A stretch of 64,000 bases of DNA from Eledone cirrhosa (lineage: Eukaryota), in contig OZ024752.1 in the NCBI GenBank assembly GCA_964016885.1, forward strand, positions 27,342,001-27,406,000, in the 5' to 3' direction. The notes under the pieces are model-generated. The model was given only the letters and a program-made list of their open reading frames with translations. It did no database searches and had not been told where the DNA came from. A program made the translations under genes and the position numbers. Each line of letters starts with the position of its first letter. The first letter of the stretch is position 1. Of this stretch, positions 46,901-61,700 are shown in pieces.

Positions 46901-49900
46901 CTTCTTTATCAACACACAAACTGTGCAACTAGTACCAACTTCGGCTATCAACACACAAACTGTGGAACTAGTACCAACTACAGCTATCAACACACAATCT
47001 CTGGAACTAGTACCAGCTTCGTCTATCAACACACAAACTGTGGAACTAGTACAAACTTCGTGTATCAACACACAAACTGTGGAACTAGTACCAACTTCGG
47101 CTATCAACACACAAAATGTGGAACTAGTACCAACTTCGGCTATCAACACACAAACTGTGGAACTAGTACAGACTTCGTCTATCAACACACAAACTGTGGA
47201 ACTAGTACCGACTTCGGCTATCATCACACAAACTGTGGAACTAGTCCCGACTTCGACTATCAACACACAAACTGTGGAACTAGTACCAACTTCTTCTATC
47301 AACAGACACACTGTGGAACTAGTACCAACTTCGACTATCAACACACAAACTGAAGAACTAGTACCAACTTCGGCTATCAACACACAATCTCTGGAACTAG
47401 TACCAGCTTCGTCTATCAACACACAAACCGTGGAACTAGTACACACTTCGTGTATCAACACACAAACTGTGGAACTAGTACCAACTTCGGCTATCAACAC
47501 ACGAACTGTGGACCTAGTGCCAACTTCGTCTATCAACACACAACCCTGTGGAACTAGTACCAAATTCGGCTATCAACACACAAACTGTGGAACTAGTACA
47601 AACTTCGGCTGTCAACACACAAATTGTAGAACTAGTACCAACTTCGTCTATCAACACACAAACTGTGGAACTAGTACCAACTTCGTCTATCAACACACAA
47701 ACTGTGGAACTAGTACCAACTTCGTCTATCAACACACAAACTGTGGAACTAGTACCAACTTCTTCTATCAACACACAAACTGTGGAACTAGTACCTACTT
47801 CGACTATCAACACACAAACTGTGGAACTAGTACCAACTTCGACTATCAACACAGAAACTGTGGAACTAGTACAGACTTCGTCTATCAACACACAAACTGT
47901 GGAACTAGTACCAACTTCGTCTATCAACACACAATCTCTGGAACTAGTACCAGCTTCGTCTATCAACACACAAACCGTGGAACTAGTACACACTTCGTGT
48001 ATCAACACACGAACTGTGGAACTAGTACCAACTTCGGCTATCAACACACAAACTGTGGAACTAGTACCAACTTCGGCTATCAACACACAAACTGTGGAAC
48101 TAGTACCAACTTCGGATATCAACACACGAACTGTGGACCTAGTGCCAACTTCGTCTATCAACACACAAACTGTGGAACTAGTACCAAATTCGGCTATCAA
48201 CACACAAACTGTGGAACTAGTACAAACTTCGGCTGTCAACACACAAATTTTAGAACTAGTACCAACTTCTTGTATCAACACAGAAACTGTGGAACTAGTA
48301 CCAACTTCGTCTATCAACACACAAACTGTGGAACTAGTACCAACTTCGTCTATCAACACACAAACTGTGGAACTAGGACCAACTTCTTCTATCAACACAC
48401 AAATTGTGGAACTAGTACCAACTTCGTGAATCAACACAGAAACTGTGGAACTAGTACCAACTTCGTCTATCAACACACAAACTGTGGAACTAGTACCAAC
48501 TTCGTCTATCAACACACAAACTGTGGAACTAGTACCAACTTCGGCTATCAACACACAAACTGTGGAACTAGTACAGACTTCGTCTATCAACACACAAACT
48601 GTGGAACAAGTACCGACTTCGGCTATCAACACACAAACTGTGGAACTAGTACCAACTTCGACTATCAACACACAAACTGTGGAACTAGTACCAACTTCTT
48701 CTATCAACACACAAACTGTGGAACTAGTACCAACTTCGACTATCAACACACAAACTGTGCAACTAGTACCAACTTCGACTATCAACACACAAACTGTGGA
48801 ACTAGTACCAACTTCTTCTATCAACACACAAACTGTGCAACTAGTACCAACTTCGGCTATCAACACACAAACTGTGGAACTAGTACCAACTTCGTCTATC
48901 AACACACAAACTGTGGAACTAGTACCAACTTCTTCTATCAACACACAAACTGTGCAACTAGTACCAACTTCGGCTATCAACACACAAACTGTGGACCTAG
49001 TACCAACTTCGTCTATCAACGCACAAACTGTGGAACTAGTACCAGCTTCGGCTATCAACAGACAAATTGTAGAACTAGTACCAACTTCGTCTATCAACAC
49101 ACAAACTGTGGAACTAGTACCAAATTCGTCTATCAACACACAAATTGTGGAACTAGTACCAACTTCGTGTATCAACACAGAAACTGTGGAACTAGTACCA
49201 ACTTCGGCTATCAACACACAAACTGTGGAACTAGTACCAACTTCTTTATCAACACACAAACTGTGCAACTAGTACCAACTTCGGCTATCAACACACAAAC
49301 TGAGGAACTAGTACCAACTACAGCTATCAACACACAATCTCTGGAACTAGTACCAGCTTCGTCTATCAACACACAAACCGTGGAACTAGTACACACTTCG
49401 TGTATCAACACACAAACTGTGGAACTAGTACCAACTTCGGCTATCAACACACAAACTGTGGAACTAGTACCAACTTCGGCTATAAACACACAAACTGTGG
49501 AACTAGTACCAACTTCGGCTATCAACACACGAACTGTGGACCTAGTGCCAACCTCGTCTATCAACACACAAACTGTGGAACTAGTACCAAATTCGTCTAT
49601 CAACACACAAACTGTGGAACTAGTACAAACTTCGGCTGTCAACACACAAATTGTGGAACTAGTACCAACTTCGTGTATCAACACAGAAACTGTGGAACTA
49701 GTACCAACTTCGTCTATCAACACACAAAATGTGGAACTAGTACCAACTTCGTCTATCAACACACAAACTGTGGAACTAGTACCAACTTCTTCTATCAACA
49801 CACAAACACTGGAACTAGTACCTACTTCGAATATCGACACACAAACTGTGGAACTAGTACCAACTTCGACTATCAACACACAAACTGTGGAACTAGTACC

Positions 49901-51060
49901 AACTTCGTCTATCAACACACAAACTGTGGAACTAGTACCAACTTCTTTATCAACACACAAACTGTGCAACTAGTACCAACTTCAGCTATCAACACACAAT
50001 CTGTGGAACTAGTACCAACTTCGGCTATCAACACACAAACTGTGGAACTAGTACCAACTTCGGCTATCAACACACGAACTGTGGACCTAGTGCCAACTTC
50101 GTCTATCAACACACAAACTGTGGAACTAGTACCAAATTCGTCTATCAACACACAAACTGTGGAACTAGTACAAACTTCGGCTGTCAACACACAAATTGTG
50201 GAACTAGTACCAACTTCGTGTATCAACACAGAAACTGTGGAACTAGTACCAACTTCGTCTATCAACACAAACTGTGGAACTAGTACCAACTTCGTCTATC
50301 AACACACAAACTGTGGAACTAGTACCAACTTCTTCTATCAACACACAAACTGTGGAACTAGTACCTACTTCGACTATCAACACACAAACTGTGGAACTAG
50401 TACCAACTTCGACTATCAACACACAAACTGTTGAACTAGTACCAACTTCGTCTATCAACACACAAACTGTGGAACTAGTACCAACTTCTTTATCAACACA
50501 CAAACTGTGCAACTAGTACCAACTTCGGCTATCAACACACAAACTGTGGAACTAGTACCAACTACAGCTATCAACACACAATCTCTGGAACTAGTACCAG
50601 CTTCGTCTATCAACACACAAACTGTGGAACTAGTACAAACTTCGTGTATCAACACACAAACTGTGGAACTAGTACCAACTTCGGCTATCAACACACAAAA
50701 TGTGGAACTAGTACCAACTTCGGCTATCAACACACAAACTGTGGAACTAGTACAGACTTCGTCTATCAACACACAAACTGTGGAACTAGTACCGACTTCG
50801 GCTATCATCACACAAACTGTGGAACTAGTCCCGACTTCGACTATCAACACACAAACTGTGGAACTAGTACCAACTTCTTCTATCAACAGACACACTGTGG
50901 AACTAGTACCAACTTCGACTATCAACACACAAACTGAAGAACTAGTACCAACTTCGGCTATCAACACACAATCTCTGGAACTAGTACCAGCTTCGTCTAT
51001 CAACACACAAACCGTGGAACTAGTACACACTTCGTGTATCAACACACAAACTGTGGAACT
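43930..51060 (+). repeat. Tandem duplication with 3545/3584-bp period (91-92 monomers)
   Basis: The 40-mer (~43998/47543), GATATC (44570/48115) and TGA (44882/48427) are offset by 3545. After a one-monomer difference the module ends 45688/49272, 46389/49973 and 46932/50516 are offset by 3584. Confidence 0.85.
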
Positions 51061-53429
51061 AGTACCAACTTCGGCTATCAACACACAAACTGTGGAACTA
51101 GTACCAACTACGGCTATCAACACACAAACTGTGGAACTAGTACCAACTTCGGCTATCAACACACGAACTGTGGACCTAGTGCCAACTTCGTCTATCAACA
51201 CACAAACTGTGGAACTAGTACCAAATTCGGCTATCAACACACAAACTGTGGAACTAGTACAAACTTCGGCTGTCAACACACAAATTGTAGAACTAGTACC
51301 AACTTCGTGTATCAACACAGAAACTGTGGAACTAGTACCAACTTCGTCTATCAACACACAAACTGTGGAACTAGTACCAACTTCGCCTATCAACACACAA
51401 ACTGTGGAACTAGTACCAACTTCTTCTATCAACACACAAATTGTGGAACTAGTACCAACTTCGTGTATCAACACAGAAACTGTGGAACTAGTACCAACTT
51501 CGTCTATCAACACACAAACTGTGGAACTAGTACCAACTTCGTCTATCAACACACGAACTGTGGAACTAGTACCAACTTCGGCTATCAACACACAAACTGT
51601 GGAACTAGTACAGACTTCGTCTATCAACACACAAACTGTGGATCTAGTACCCACTTCGGCTATCAACACACAAACTGTGGAACTAGTACCAAATTCTTCT
51701 ATCAACACACAAACTGTGGAACTAGTACCAACTTCGACTATCAACACACGAACTGTGGAACTAGTACCAACTTCGACTATCAACACACAAACTGTGGAAC
51801 TAGTACCAACTTCTTCTATCAGCACACAAACTGTGCAACTAGTACCAACTTCGGCTATCAACACACAAACTGTGGAACTAGTACCAACTTCGTCTATCAA
51901 CACACAAACTGTGCAACTAGTACCAACTTCTATCAACACACAAACTGTGCAACTAGTATCAACTTCGGCTATCAACACACAAACTGTGGAACTAGTACCA
52001 ACTTCTTCTATCAACACACAAACTGTGCAACTAGTACCAACTTCGGCTATCAACACACAAACTGTGGACCTAGTACCAACTTCGTCTATCAACACACAAA
52101 CTGTGGAACTAGTACCAGCTTCGGCTATCAACAGACAAACTGTGGAACTAGTACCAAATTCGTCTATCAACACACAAACTGTGGAACTAGTACCAACTTC
52201 TTTATCAACACACAAACTGTGCAACTAGTACCAACTTCGGTTATCAACACACAAACTGAGGAACTAGTACCAACTACAGCTATCAACACACAAACTGTGG
52301 AACTAGTACCAACTTCTTCTATCAACACACAAACTGTGGAACTAGTACCAACTTCGGCTATCAATACACAAACTGTGGAACTAGTACCAACTTCGGCTAT
52401 CAACACACGAACTGTGGACCTAGTGCCAACTTCGTCTATCAACACACAAACTGTGAAACTAGTACCAAATTCGTCTATCAACACACAAACTGTGGAACTA
52501 GTACAAACTTCGGCTGTCAACACACAAATTGTAGAACTAGTACCAACTTCGTGTATCAACACACAAACTGTGGAACTAGTACCAACTTCGACTATCAACA
52601 CACAAACTGAGGAACTAGTACCAACTACAGCTATCAACACACAATCTCTGGAACTAGTACCAGCTTCGTCTATCAACACACAAACCGTGGAACAAGTACA
52701 CACTTCGTGTATCAACACACAAACTGTGAAACTAGTACCAACTTCGGCTATCAACACACAAACTGTGGAACTAGTACCAACTACGGCTATCAACACACAA
52801 ACTGTGGGACTAGTACCAACTTCGGCTATCAACACACGAACTGTGGACCTAGTGCCAACTTCGTCTTTCAACACACAAACTGTGGAACTAGTACCAAATT
52901 CGGCTATCAACACACAAACTGTGGAACTAGTACAAACTTCGGCTGTCAACACACAAATTGTAGAACTAGTACCAACTTCGTGTATCAACACAGAAACTGT
53001 GGAACTAGTACCTACTTCGTCTATCAACACACAAACTGTGGAACTAGTACCAACTTCGTCTATCAACACACAAACTGTGGAACTAGTACCAACTTCTTCT
53101 ATCAACACACAAATTGTGGAACTAGTACCAACTTCGTGTATCAACACACAAACTGTGGAACTAGTACCAACTTCGTCTATCAACACACAAACTGTGGAAC
53201 TAGTACCAGCTTCGGCTATCAACAGACAAATTGTAGAACTAGTACCAACTTCGTCTATCAACACACAAACTGTGGAACTAGTACAAACTTCGGCTGTCAA
53301 CACACAAATTTTAGAACTAGTACCAACTTCTTGTATCAACACAGAAACTGTGGAACTAGTACCAACTTCGTCTATCAACACACAAACTGTGGAACTAGTA
53401 CCAACTTCGTCTATCAACACACAAACTGT

Positions 53430-55760
53430 GGAACTAGGACCAACTTCTATCAACACACAAATTGTGGAACTAGTACCAACTTCGTGAATCAACACAGAAA
53501 CTGTGGAACTAGTACCAACTTCGTCTATCAACACACAAACTGTGGAACTAGTACCAACTTCGTCTATCAACACACAAACTGTGGAACTAGTACCAACTTC
53601 GGCTATCAACACACAAACTGTGGAACTAGTACAGACTTCGTCTATCAACACACAAACTGTGGAACTAGTACCGACTTCGGCTATCAACACACAAACTGTG
53701 GAACTAGTACCAACTTCGACTATCAACACACAAACTGTGGAACTAGTACCAACTTCTTCTATCAACACACAAACTGTGGAACTAGTACCAACTTCGACTA
53801 TCAACACACAAACTGTGCAACTAGTACCAACTTCGACTATCAACACACAAACTGTGGAACTAGTACCAACTTCTTCTATCAACACACAAACTGTGCAACT
53901 AGTACCAACTTCGGCTATCAACACACAAACTGTGGAACTAGTACCAACTTCGTCTATCAACACACAAACTGTGGAACTAGTACCAACTTCTTCTATCAAC
54001 ACACAAACTGTGCAACTAGTACCAACTTCGGCTATCAACACACAAACTGTGGACCTAGTACCAACTTCGTCTATCAACGCACAAACTGTGGAACTAGTAC
54101 CAGCTTCGGCTATCAACAGACAAATTGTAGAACTAGTACCAACTTCGTCTATCAACACACAAACTGTGGAACTAGTACCAAATTCGTCTATCAACACACA
54201 AATTGTGGAACTAGTACCAACTTCGTGTATCAACACAGAAACTGTGGAACTAGTACCAACTTCGGCTATCAACACACAAACTGTGGAACTAGTACCAACT
54301 TCTTTATCAACACACAAACTGTGCAACTAGTACCAACTTCGGCTATCAACACACAAACTGAGGAACTAGTACCAACTACAGCTATCAACACACAATCTCT
54401 GGAACTAGTACCAGCTTCGTCTATCAACACACAAACCGTGGAACTAGTACACACTTCGTGTATCAACACACAAACTGTGGAACTAGTACACACTTCGTGT
54501 ATCAACACACAAACTGTGGAACTAGTACCAAATTCGGCTATCAACACACAAACTGTGGAACTAGTACAAACTTCGGCTGTCAACACACAAATTGTAGAAC
54601 TAGTACCAACTTCGTGTATCAACACAGAAACTGTGGAACTAGTACCTACTTCGTCTATCAACACACAAACTGTGGAACTAGTACCAACTTCGTCTATCAA
54701 CACACAAACTGTGGAACTAGGACCAACTTCTTCTATCAACACACAAATTGTGGAACTAGTACCAACTTCGTGAATCAACACAGAAACTGTGGAACTAGTA
54801 CCAACTTCGTCTATCAACACACAAACTGTGGAACTAGTACCAACTTCGTCTATCAACACACAAACTGTGGAACTAGTACCAACTTCGGCTATCAACACAC
54901 AAACTGTGGAACTAGTACAGACTTCGTCTATCAACACACAAACTGTGGAACTAGTACCGACTTCGGCTATCAACACACAAACTGTGGAACTAGTACCAAC
55001 TTCGACTATCAACACACAAACTGTGGAACTAGTACCAACTTCTTCTATCAACACACAAACTGTGGAACTAGTACCAACTTCGACTATCAACACACAAACT
55101 GTGCAACTAGTACCAACTTCGACTATCAACACACAAACTGTGGAACTAGTACCAACTTCTTCTATCAACACACAAACTGTGCAACTAGTACCAACTTCGG
55201 CTATCAACACACAAACTGTGGAACTAGTACCAACTTCGTCTATCAACACACAAACTGTGGAACTAGTACCAACTTCTTCTATCAACACACAAACTGTGCA
55301 ACTAGTACCAACTTCGGCTATCAACACACAAACTGTGGACCTAGTACCAACTTCGTCTATCAACGCACAAACTGTGGAACTAGTACCAGCTTCGGCTATC
55401 AACAGACAAATTGTAGAACTAGTACCAACTTCGTCTATCAACACACAAACTGTGGAACTAGTACCAAATTCGTCTATCAACACACAAATTGTGGAACTAG
55501 TACCAACTTCGTGTATCAACACAGAAACTGTGGAACTAGTACCAACTTCGGCTATCAACACACAAACTGTGGAACTAGTACCAACTTCTTTATCAACACA
55601 CAAACTGTGCAACTAGTACCAACTTCGGCTATCAACACACAAACTGAGGAACTAGTACCAACTACAGCTATCAACACACAATCTCTGGAACTAGTACCAG
55701 CTTCGTCTATCAACACACAAACCGTGGAACTAGTACACACTTCGTGTATCAACACACAAA
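53430..55760 (+). repeat. Tandem duplication with 1286-bp (33-monomer) period
   Basis: TGA occurs at 53485/54771, and ORFs 53503..54330 and 54789..55616 have identical translations. The offset 1286 = 33x39-1. Confidence 0.8.
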
Positions 55761-58700
55761 CTGTGGAACTAGTACCAACTTCGGCTATCAACACACAAAC
55801 TGTGGAACTAGTACCAACTTCGGCTACAAACACACAAACTGTGGAACTAGTACCAACTTCGGCTATCAACACACGAACTGTGGACCTAGTGCCAACTTCG
55901 TCTATCAACACACAAACTGTGGAACTAGTACCAAATTCGTCTATCAACACACAAACTGTGGAACTAGTACAAACTTCGGCTGTCAACACACAAATTGTGG
56001 AACTAGTACCAACTTCGTGTATCAACACAGAAACTGTGGAACTAGTACCAACTTCGTCTATCAACACACAAAATGTGGAACTAGTACCAACTTCGTCTAT
56101 CAACACACAAACTGTGGAACTAGTACCAACTTCTTCTATCAACACACAAACTCTGGAACTAGTACCTACTTCGAATATCGACACATAAACTGTGGAACTA
56201 GTACCAACTTCGACTATCAACACACAAACTGTGGAACTAGTACCAACTTCGTCTATCAACACACAAACTGTGGAACTAGTACCAACTTCTTTATCAACAC
56301 ACAAACTGTGCAACTAGTACCAACTTCAGCTATCAACACACAATCTGTGGAACTAGTACCAACTTCGGCTATCAACACACAAACTGTGGAACTAGTACCA
56401 ACTTCGGCTATCAACACACGAACTGTGGACCTAGTGCCAACTTCGTCTATCAACACACAAACTGTGGAACTAGTACCAAATTCGTCTATCAACACACAAA
56501 CTGTGGAACTAGTACAAACTTCGGCTGTCAACACACAAATTGTGGAACTAGTACCAACTTCGTGTATCAACACAGAAACTGTGGAACTAGTACCAACTAC
56601 GTCTATCAACACAAACTGTGGAACTAGTACCAACTTCGTCTATCAACACACAAGCTGTGGAACTAGTACCAACTTCTTCTATCAACACACAAACTGTGGA
56701 ACTAGTACCTACTTCGACTATCAACACACAAACTGTGGAACTAGTACCAACTTCGACTATCAACACACAAACTGTTGAACTAGTACCAACTTCGTCTATC
56801 AACACACAAACTGTGGAACTAGTACCAACTTCTTTATCAACACACAAACTGTGCAACTAGTACCAACTTCGGCTATCAACACACAAACTGTGGAACTAGT
56901 ACCAACTACAGCTATCAACACACAATCTCTGGAACTAGTACCAGCTTCGTCTATCAACACACAAACTGTGGAACTAGTACAAACTTCGTGTATCAACACA
57001 CAAACTGTGGAACTAGTACCAACTTCGGCTATCAACACACAAAATGTGGAACTAGTACCAACTTCGGCTATCAACACACAAACTGTGGAACTAGTACAGA
57101 CTTCGTCTATCAACACACAAACTGTGGAACTAGTACCGACTTCGGCTATCATCACACAAACTGTGGAACTAGTCCCGACTTCGACTATCAACACACAAAC
57201 TGTGGAACTAGTACCAACTTCTTCTATCAACAGACACACTGTGGAACTAGTACCAACTTCGACTATCAACACACAAACTGAAGAACTAGTACCAACTTCG
57301 GCTATCAACACACAATCTCTGGAACTAGTACCAGCTTCGTCTATCAACACACAAACCGTGGAACTAGTACACACTTCGTGTATCAACACACAAACTGTGG
57401 AACTAGTACCAACTTCGGCTATCAACACACAAACTGTGGAACTAGTACCAACTACGGCTATCAACACACAAACTGTGGAACTAGTACCAACTTCGGCTAT
57501 CAACACACGAACTGTGGACCTAGTGCCAACTTCGTCTATCAACACACAAACTGTGGAACTAGTACCAAATTCGGCTATCAACACACAAACTGTGGAACTA
57601 GTACAAACTTCGGCTGTCAACACACAAATTGTAGAACTAGTACCAACTTCGTGTATCAACACAGAAACTGTGGAACTAGTACCAACTTCGTCTATCAACA
57701 CACAAACTGTGGAACTAGTACCAACTTCGCCTATCAACACACAAACTGTGGAACTAGTACCAACTTCTTCTATCAACACACAAATTGTGGAACTAGTACC
57801 AACTTCGTGTATCAACACAGAAACTGTGGAACTAGTACCAACTTCGTCTATCAACACACAAACTGTGGAACTAGTACCAACTTCGTCTATCAACACACGA
57901 ACTGTGGAACTAGTACCAACTTCGGCTATCAACACACAAACTGTGGAACTAGTACAGACTTCGTCTATCAACACACAAACTGTGGATCTAGTACCGACTT
58001 CGGCTATCAACACACAAACTGTGGAACTAGTACCAACTTCGACTATCAACACACAAACTGTGGAACTAGTACCAAATTCTTCTATCAACACACAAACTGT
58101 GGAACTAGTACCAACTTCGACTATCAACACACGAACTGTGGAACTAGTACTAACTTCGACTATCAACACACAAACTGTGGAACTAGTACCAACTTCTTCT
58201 ATCAGCACACAAACTGTGCAACTAGTACCAACTTCGGCTATCAACACACAAACTGTGGAACTAGTACCAACTTCGTCTATCAACACACAAACTGTGCAAC
58301 TAGTACCAACTTCTATCAACACACAAACTGTGCAACTAGTATCAACTTCGGCTATCAACACACAAACTGTGGAACTAGTACCAACTTCTTCTATCAACAC
58401 ACAAACTGTGCAACTAGTACCAACTTCGGCTATCAACACACAAACTGTGGACCTAGTACCAACTTCGTCTATCAACACACAAACTGTGGAACTAGTACCA
58501 GCTTCGGCTATCAACAGACAAACTCTGGAACTAGTACCAAATTCGTCTATCAACACACAAACTGTGGAACTAGTACCAACTTCTTTATCAACACACAAAC
58601 TGTGCAACTAGTACCAACTTCGGTTATCAACACACAAACTGAGGAACTAGTACCAACTACAGCTATCAACACACAATCTCTGGAACTAGTACCAGCTTCG

Positions 58701-61700
58701 TCTATCAACACACAAACCGTGGAACTAGTACACACTTCGTGTATCAACACACAAACTGTGGAACTAGTACCAACTTCGGCTATCAATACACAAACTGTGG
58801 AACTAGTACCAACTTCGGCTATCAACACACAAACTGTGAAACTAGTACCAACTTCGGCTATCAACACACGAACTGTGGACCTAGTGCCAACTTCGTCTAT
58901 CAACACACAAACTGTGGAACTAGTACCAAATTCGTCTATCAACACACAAACTGTGGAACTAGTACAAACTTCGGCTGTCAACACACAAATTGTAGAACTA
59001 GTACCAACTTGGTGTATCAACACAGAAACTGTGGAACTAGTACCAACTTCGTCTATCAACACACAAACTGTGAAACTAGTACCAACTTCGACTATCAACA
59101 CACAAACTGAGGAACTAGTACCAACTACAGCTATCAACACACAATCTCTGGAACTAGTACCAGCTTCGTCTATCAACACACAAACCGTGGAACTAGTACA
59201 CACTTCGTGTATCAACACACAAGCTGTGAAACTAGTACCAACTTCGGCTATCAACACACAAACTGTGGAACTAGTACCAACTACGGCTATCAACACACAA
59301 ACTGTGGAACTAGTACCAACTTCGGCTATCAACACACGAACTGTGGACCTAGTGCCAACTTCGTCTATCAACACACAAACTGTGGAACTAGTACCAAATT
59401 CGGCTATCAACACACAAACTGTGGAACTAGTACAAACTTCGGCTGTCAACACACAAACTGTGGAACTAGTACCAACTTCGGCTATCAACACACAAACTGT
59501 GGACCTAGTACCAACTTCGTCTATCAACGCACAAACTGTGGAACTAGTACCAGCTTCGGCTATCAACAGACAAATTGTAGAACTAGTACCAACTTCGTCT
59601 ATCAACACACAAACTGTGGAACTAGTACCAAATTCGTCTATCAACACACAAATTGTGGAACTAGTACCAACTTCGTGTATCAACACAGAAACTGTGGAAC
59701 TAGTACCAACTTCGGCTATCAACACACAAACTGTGGAACTAGTACCAACTTCTTTATCAACACACAAACTGTGCAACTAGTACCAACTTCGGCTATCAAC
59801 ACACAAACTGAGGAACTAGTACCAACTACAGCTATCAACACACAATCTCTGGAACTAGTACCAGCTTCGTCTATCAACACACAAACCGTGGAACTAGTAC
59901 ACACTTCGTGTATCAACACACAAACTGTGGAACTAGTACCAACTTCGGCTATCAACACACAAACTGTGGAACTAGTACCAACTTCGGCTACAAACACACA
60001 AACTGTGGAACTAGTACCAACTTCGGCTATCAACACACGAACTGTGGACCTAGTGCCAACTTCGTCTATCAACACACAAACTGTGGAACTAGTACCAAAT
60101 TCGTCTATCAACACACAAACTGTGGAACTAGTACAAACTTCGGCTGTCAACACACAAATTGTGGAACTAGTACCAACTTCGTGTATCAACACAGAAACTG
60201 TGGAACTAGTACCAACTTCGTCTATCAACACACAAAATGTGGAACTAGTACCAACTTCGTCTATCAACACACAAACTGTGGAACTAGTACCAACTTCTTC
60301 TATCAACACACAAACTCTGGAACTAGTACCTACTTCGAATATCGACACATAAACTGTGGAACTAGTACCAACTTCGACTATCAACACACAAACTGTGGAA
60401 CTAGTACCAACTTCGTCTATCAACACACAAACTGTGGAACTAGTACCAACTTCTTTATCAACACACAAACTGTGCAACTAGTACCAACTTCAGCTATCAA
60501 CACACAATCTGTGGAACTAGTACCAACTTCGGCTATCAACACACAAACTGTGGAACTAGTACCAACTTCGGCTATCAACACACGAACTGTGGACCTAGTG
60601 CCAACTTCGTCTATCAACACACAAACTGTGGAACTAGTACCAAATTCGTCTATCAACACACAAACTGTGGAACTAGTACAAACTTCGGCTGTCAACACAC
60701 AAATTGTGGAACTAGTACCAACTTCGTGTATCAACACAGAAACTGTGGAACTAGTACCAACTACGTCTATCAACACAAACTGTGGAACTAGTACCAACTT
60801 CGTCTATCAACACACAAACTGTGGAACTAGTACCAACTTCTTCTATCAACACACAAACTGTGGAACTAGTACCTACTTCGACTATCAACACACAAACTGT
60901 GGAACTAGTACCAACTTCGACTATCAACACACAAACTGTTGAACTAGTACCAACTTCGTCTATCAACACACAAACTGTGGAACTAGTACCAACTTCTTTA
61001 TCAACACACAAACTGTGCAACTAGTACCAACTTCGGCTATCAACACACAAACTGTGGAACTAGTACCAACTACAGCTATCAACACACAATCTCTGGAACT
61101 AGTACCAGCTTCGTCTATCAACACACAAACTGTGGAACTAGTACAAACTTCGTGTATCAACACACAAACTGTGGAACTAGTACCAACTTCGGCTATCAAC
61201 ACACAAAATGTGGAACTAGTACCAACTTCGGCTATCAACACACAAACTGTGGAACTAGTACAGACTTCGTCTATCAACACACAAACTGTGGAACTAGTAC
61301 CGACTTCGGCTATCATCACACAAACTGTGGAACTAGTCCCGACTTCGACTATCAACACACAAACTGTGGAACTAGTACCAACTTCTTCTATCAACAGACA
61401 CACTGTGGAACTAGTACCAACTTCGACTATCAACACACAAACTGAAGAACTAGTACCAACTTCGGCTATCAACACACAATCTCTGGAACTAGTACCAGCT
61501 TCGTCTATCAACACACAAACCGTGGAACTAGTACACACTTCGTGTATCAACACACAAACTGTGGAACTAGTACCAACTTCGGCTATCAACACACAAACTG
61601 TGGAACTAGTACCAACTACGGCTATCAACACACAAACTGTGGAACTAGTACCAACTTCGGCTATCAACACACGAACTGTGGACCTAGTGCCAACTTCGTC

